IMG/VR virus record: IMGVR_UViG_2579778956_000003
Span: 1-8,716 of that record
Length of the DNA stretch: 8,716 bases
Strand: one strand, 5' to 3'
Source: a virus
Taxonomy: Duplodnaviria; Heunggongvirae; Uroviricota; Caudoviricetes
Positions within the stretch are counted from its first letter, which is position 1. The number at the start of each line of letters is the position of its first letter. The position numbers and the translations under genes are program-made. This document shows, in pieces, positions 8,111 through 8,716 of the stretch. A model generated the notes under the pieces. The model was not told where the DNA came from. It did not search any database and saw nothing but the letters and a program-made list of their open reading frames with translations.

Positions 8111-8365
8111 TCTGAGAAGGAATTTAATGACTTTTGTCGTGAGGAGTTTAGCGAATGGGAAGATGATGTTACTGAAACCCCAGCCACCGATGCTTTCCTG
8201 GCTGAAGTACGGGCGCAGGGGGTAGAGATGTACGCAGATAACCTCGACAACGGAGCAGACGACGCAGAACGAGGTGGTTTTGATTATGCCGTTAAGTTTC
8301 TACGCAGTGAAGCGTCTAGTGTACGTTTGTTCGCCGACCAGCTTCGCAAAGGAGGCAACCAGTGA
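8081..8365 (+). CDS. Hypothetical acidic protein (about 94 aa from ATG 8081; start uncertain, possibly 5'-truncated)
   Basis: The ORF has roughly 22 Asp/Glu against 10 Lys/Arg. No convincing RBS precedes the ATG at 8081 or the TTG at 8051, while an internal ATG at 8228 has GGGGG 5 nt upstream. Its stop overlaps the GTG of the next ORF (GTGA), suggesting coupled translation. It is on the same strand as the downstream AlpA-like gene. Confidence 0.4.
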   Translation: MAAENTSLKQSEKEFNDFCREEFSEWEDDVTETPATDAFLAEVRAQGVEMYADNLDNGADDAERGGFDYAVKFLRSEASSVRLFADQLRKGGNQ

Positions 8366-8481
8366 GCAAGATTGACTATCAGGAACTGCGTGAGATAGCA
8401 AAGCACCAGAGACTTACAGAAGAATCAGCGAGCTACGCAAGGACTAACGCCTCACACTCGATGAGGCCTGTACATATCTGA
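8362..8481 (+). CDS. Hypothetical 39 aa protein (MSKIDYQELREIAKHQRLTEESASYARTNASHSMRPVHI), translationally coupled to the upstream ORF
   Basis: GGAGG at 8351..8355 lies 6 nt upstream of the GTG at 8362, which overlaps the upstream stop codon. The ORF is below the ORF-track length cut-off and ends just before a terminator-like hairpin. Confidence 0.3.
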   Translation: MSKIDYQELREIAKHQRLTEESASYARTNASHSMRPVHI

Positions 8482-8484
8482 TAG

Positions 8485-8510
8485 AGCCGCTATATGGCGG
8501 TTTCTTTTTT
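8485..8510 (+). terminator. Candidate intrinsic terminator (short GC stem AGCCGCT / GGCGGTT with ATAT loop, followed by a T-rich run TTTCTTTTTT)
   Basis: The hairpin and T-tract lie 4 nt after the stop of the 39-codon ORF and about 15 nt before the RBS of the AlpA-like gene. The stem is short and includes G-U pairs. Confidence 0.3.
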
Positions 8511-8524
8511 CCTGGAGAATTAAG

Positions 8525-8716
8525 ATGACCGATACCAGCCTGATTCCTGAGAAAGAAGTGATGAACAAGCTCGGTGTTTCATCACGTCAGACAATCTGGA
8601 ACTATACCAAACGGCACGGATTTCCGAAGCCAGTCAGAACCCACCCCAAATCATACCTTCGTGAAGCTGTTGAAGGGTGGATTCTTAACGGTGGCGTTAA
8701 TCAGAAATGCTCCTGA
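8525..8716 (+). CDS. AlpA-family phage regulatory protein / excisionase-like DNA-binding protein, 63 aa (complete; stop at 8714..8716)
   Basis: The sequence KEVMNKLGVSSRQTIWNYTKRHGFPKPVR...PKSYLREAVEGWI fits the AlpA/Xis-type helix-turn-helix signature (L-G-V/L-S-x-x-T-I/L ... FPKP ... W-x-x-x-E-V-x-x-W-I). GGAG lies 7 nt upstream of the ATG. Its orientation, opposite to the late genes and reading away from them, is what a prophage xis gene pointing toward int would show. Confidence 0.75.
   Translation: MTDTSLIPEKEVMNKLGVSSRQTIWNYTKRHGFPKPVRTHPKSYLREAVEGWILNGGVNQKCS

Noticed and set aside
7038-8250. Plus-strand ORFs 7038..7220 and 7759..7974, and minus-strand ORF 8038..8250
   Set aside because: They are antisense to or out of frame with the gp10-like region and the acidic-protein ORF. 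Products are Arg/Ser/Cys-rich low-complexity sequences typical of non-coding frames.
1-8716. CRISPR arrays, tRNA/rRNA genes, IS elements or terminal inverted repeats
   Set aside because: No regularly spaced direct repeats, no tRNA-like cloverleaf candidates and no transposase-like ORFs were found. The only repeats are a short protein-level motif duplication and small dyads.

Overview
The window reads as a defective, deletion-bearing P22-like (short-tailed, Salmonella/E. coli-type) prophage segment. All homology calls below rest on motifs I recognise and my recollection of phage P22 proteins, not on a database search. On the minus strand, from high to low coordinates, lies the distal end of a P22-type late operon: a gp10-like tail hub gene that is truncated and frame-broken (7046..8110), a short 3' remnant in another frame (6720..7091), three intact genes at the positions of the P22 ejection proteins gp7 (6025..6717), gp20 (4684..6015) and gp16 (2290..4683, carrying an N-terminal lytic transglycosylase domain), and a complete tailspike (1..1818) with a P22-type N-terminal domain and a divergent receptor-binding part. 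Between gp16 and the tailspike, on the plus strand, is a clear Mnt repressor homolog (1940..2200) with no sieA, arc or ant, followed by an unannotated 25-codon hydrophobic ORF. At the right edge the phage late genes give way to plus-strand genes: an acidic small protein, a coupled 39-codon ORF, a terminator-like hairpin and a complete AlpA/excisionase-family gene (8525..8716). This orientation fits the early-left/xis-int arm of the same prophage fused to gene 10 by a large internal deletion. I see no tRNA, rRNA, CRISPR array or recognisable defence system. The most interesting points are the stripped-down mnt-tailspike control region, the two deletion junctions, and a few small unannotated ORFs.
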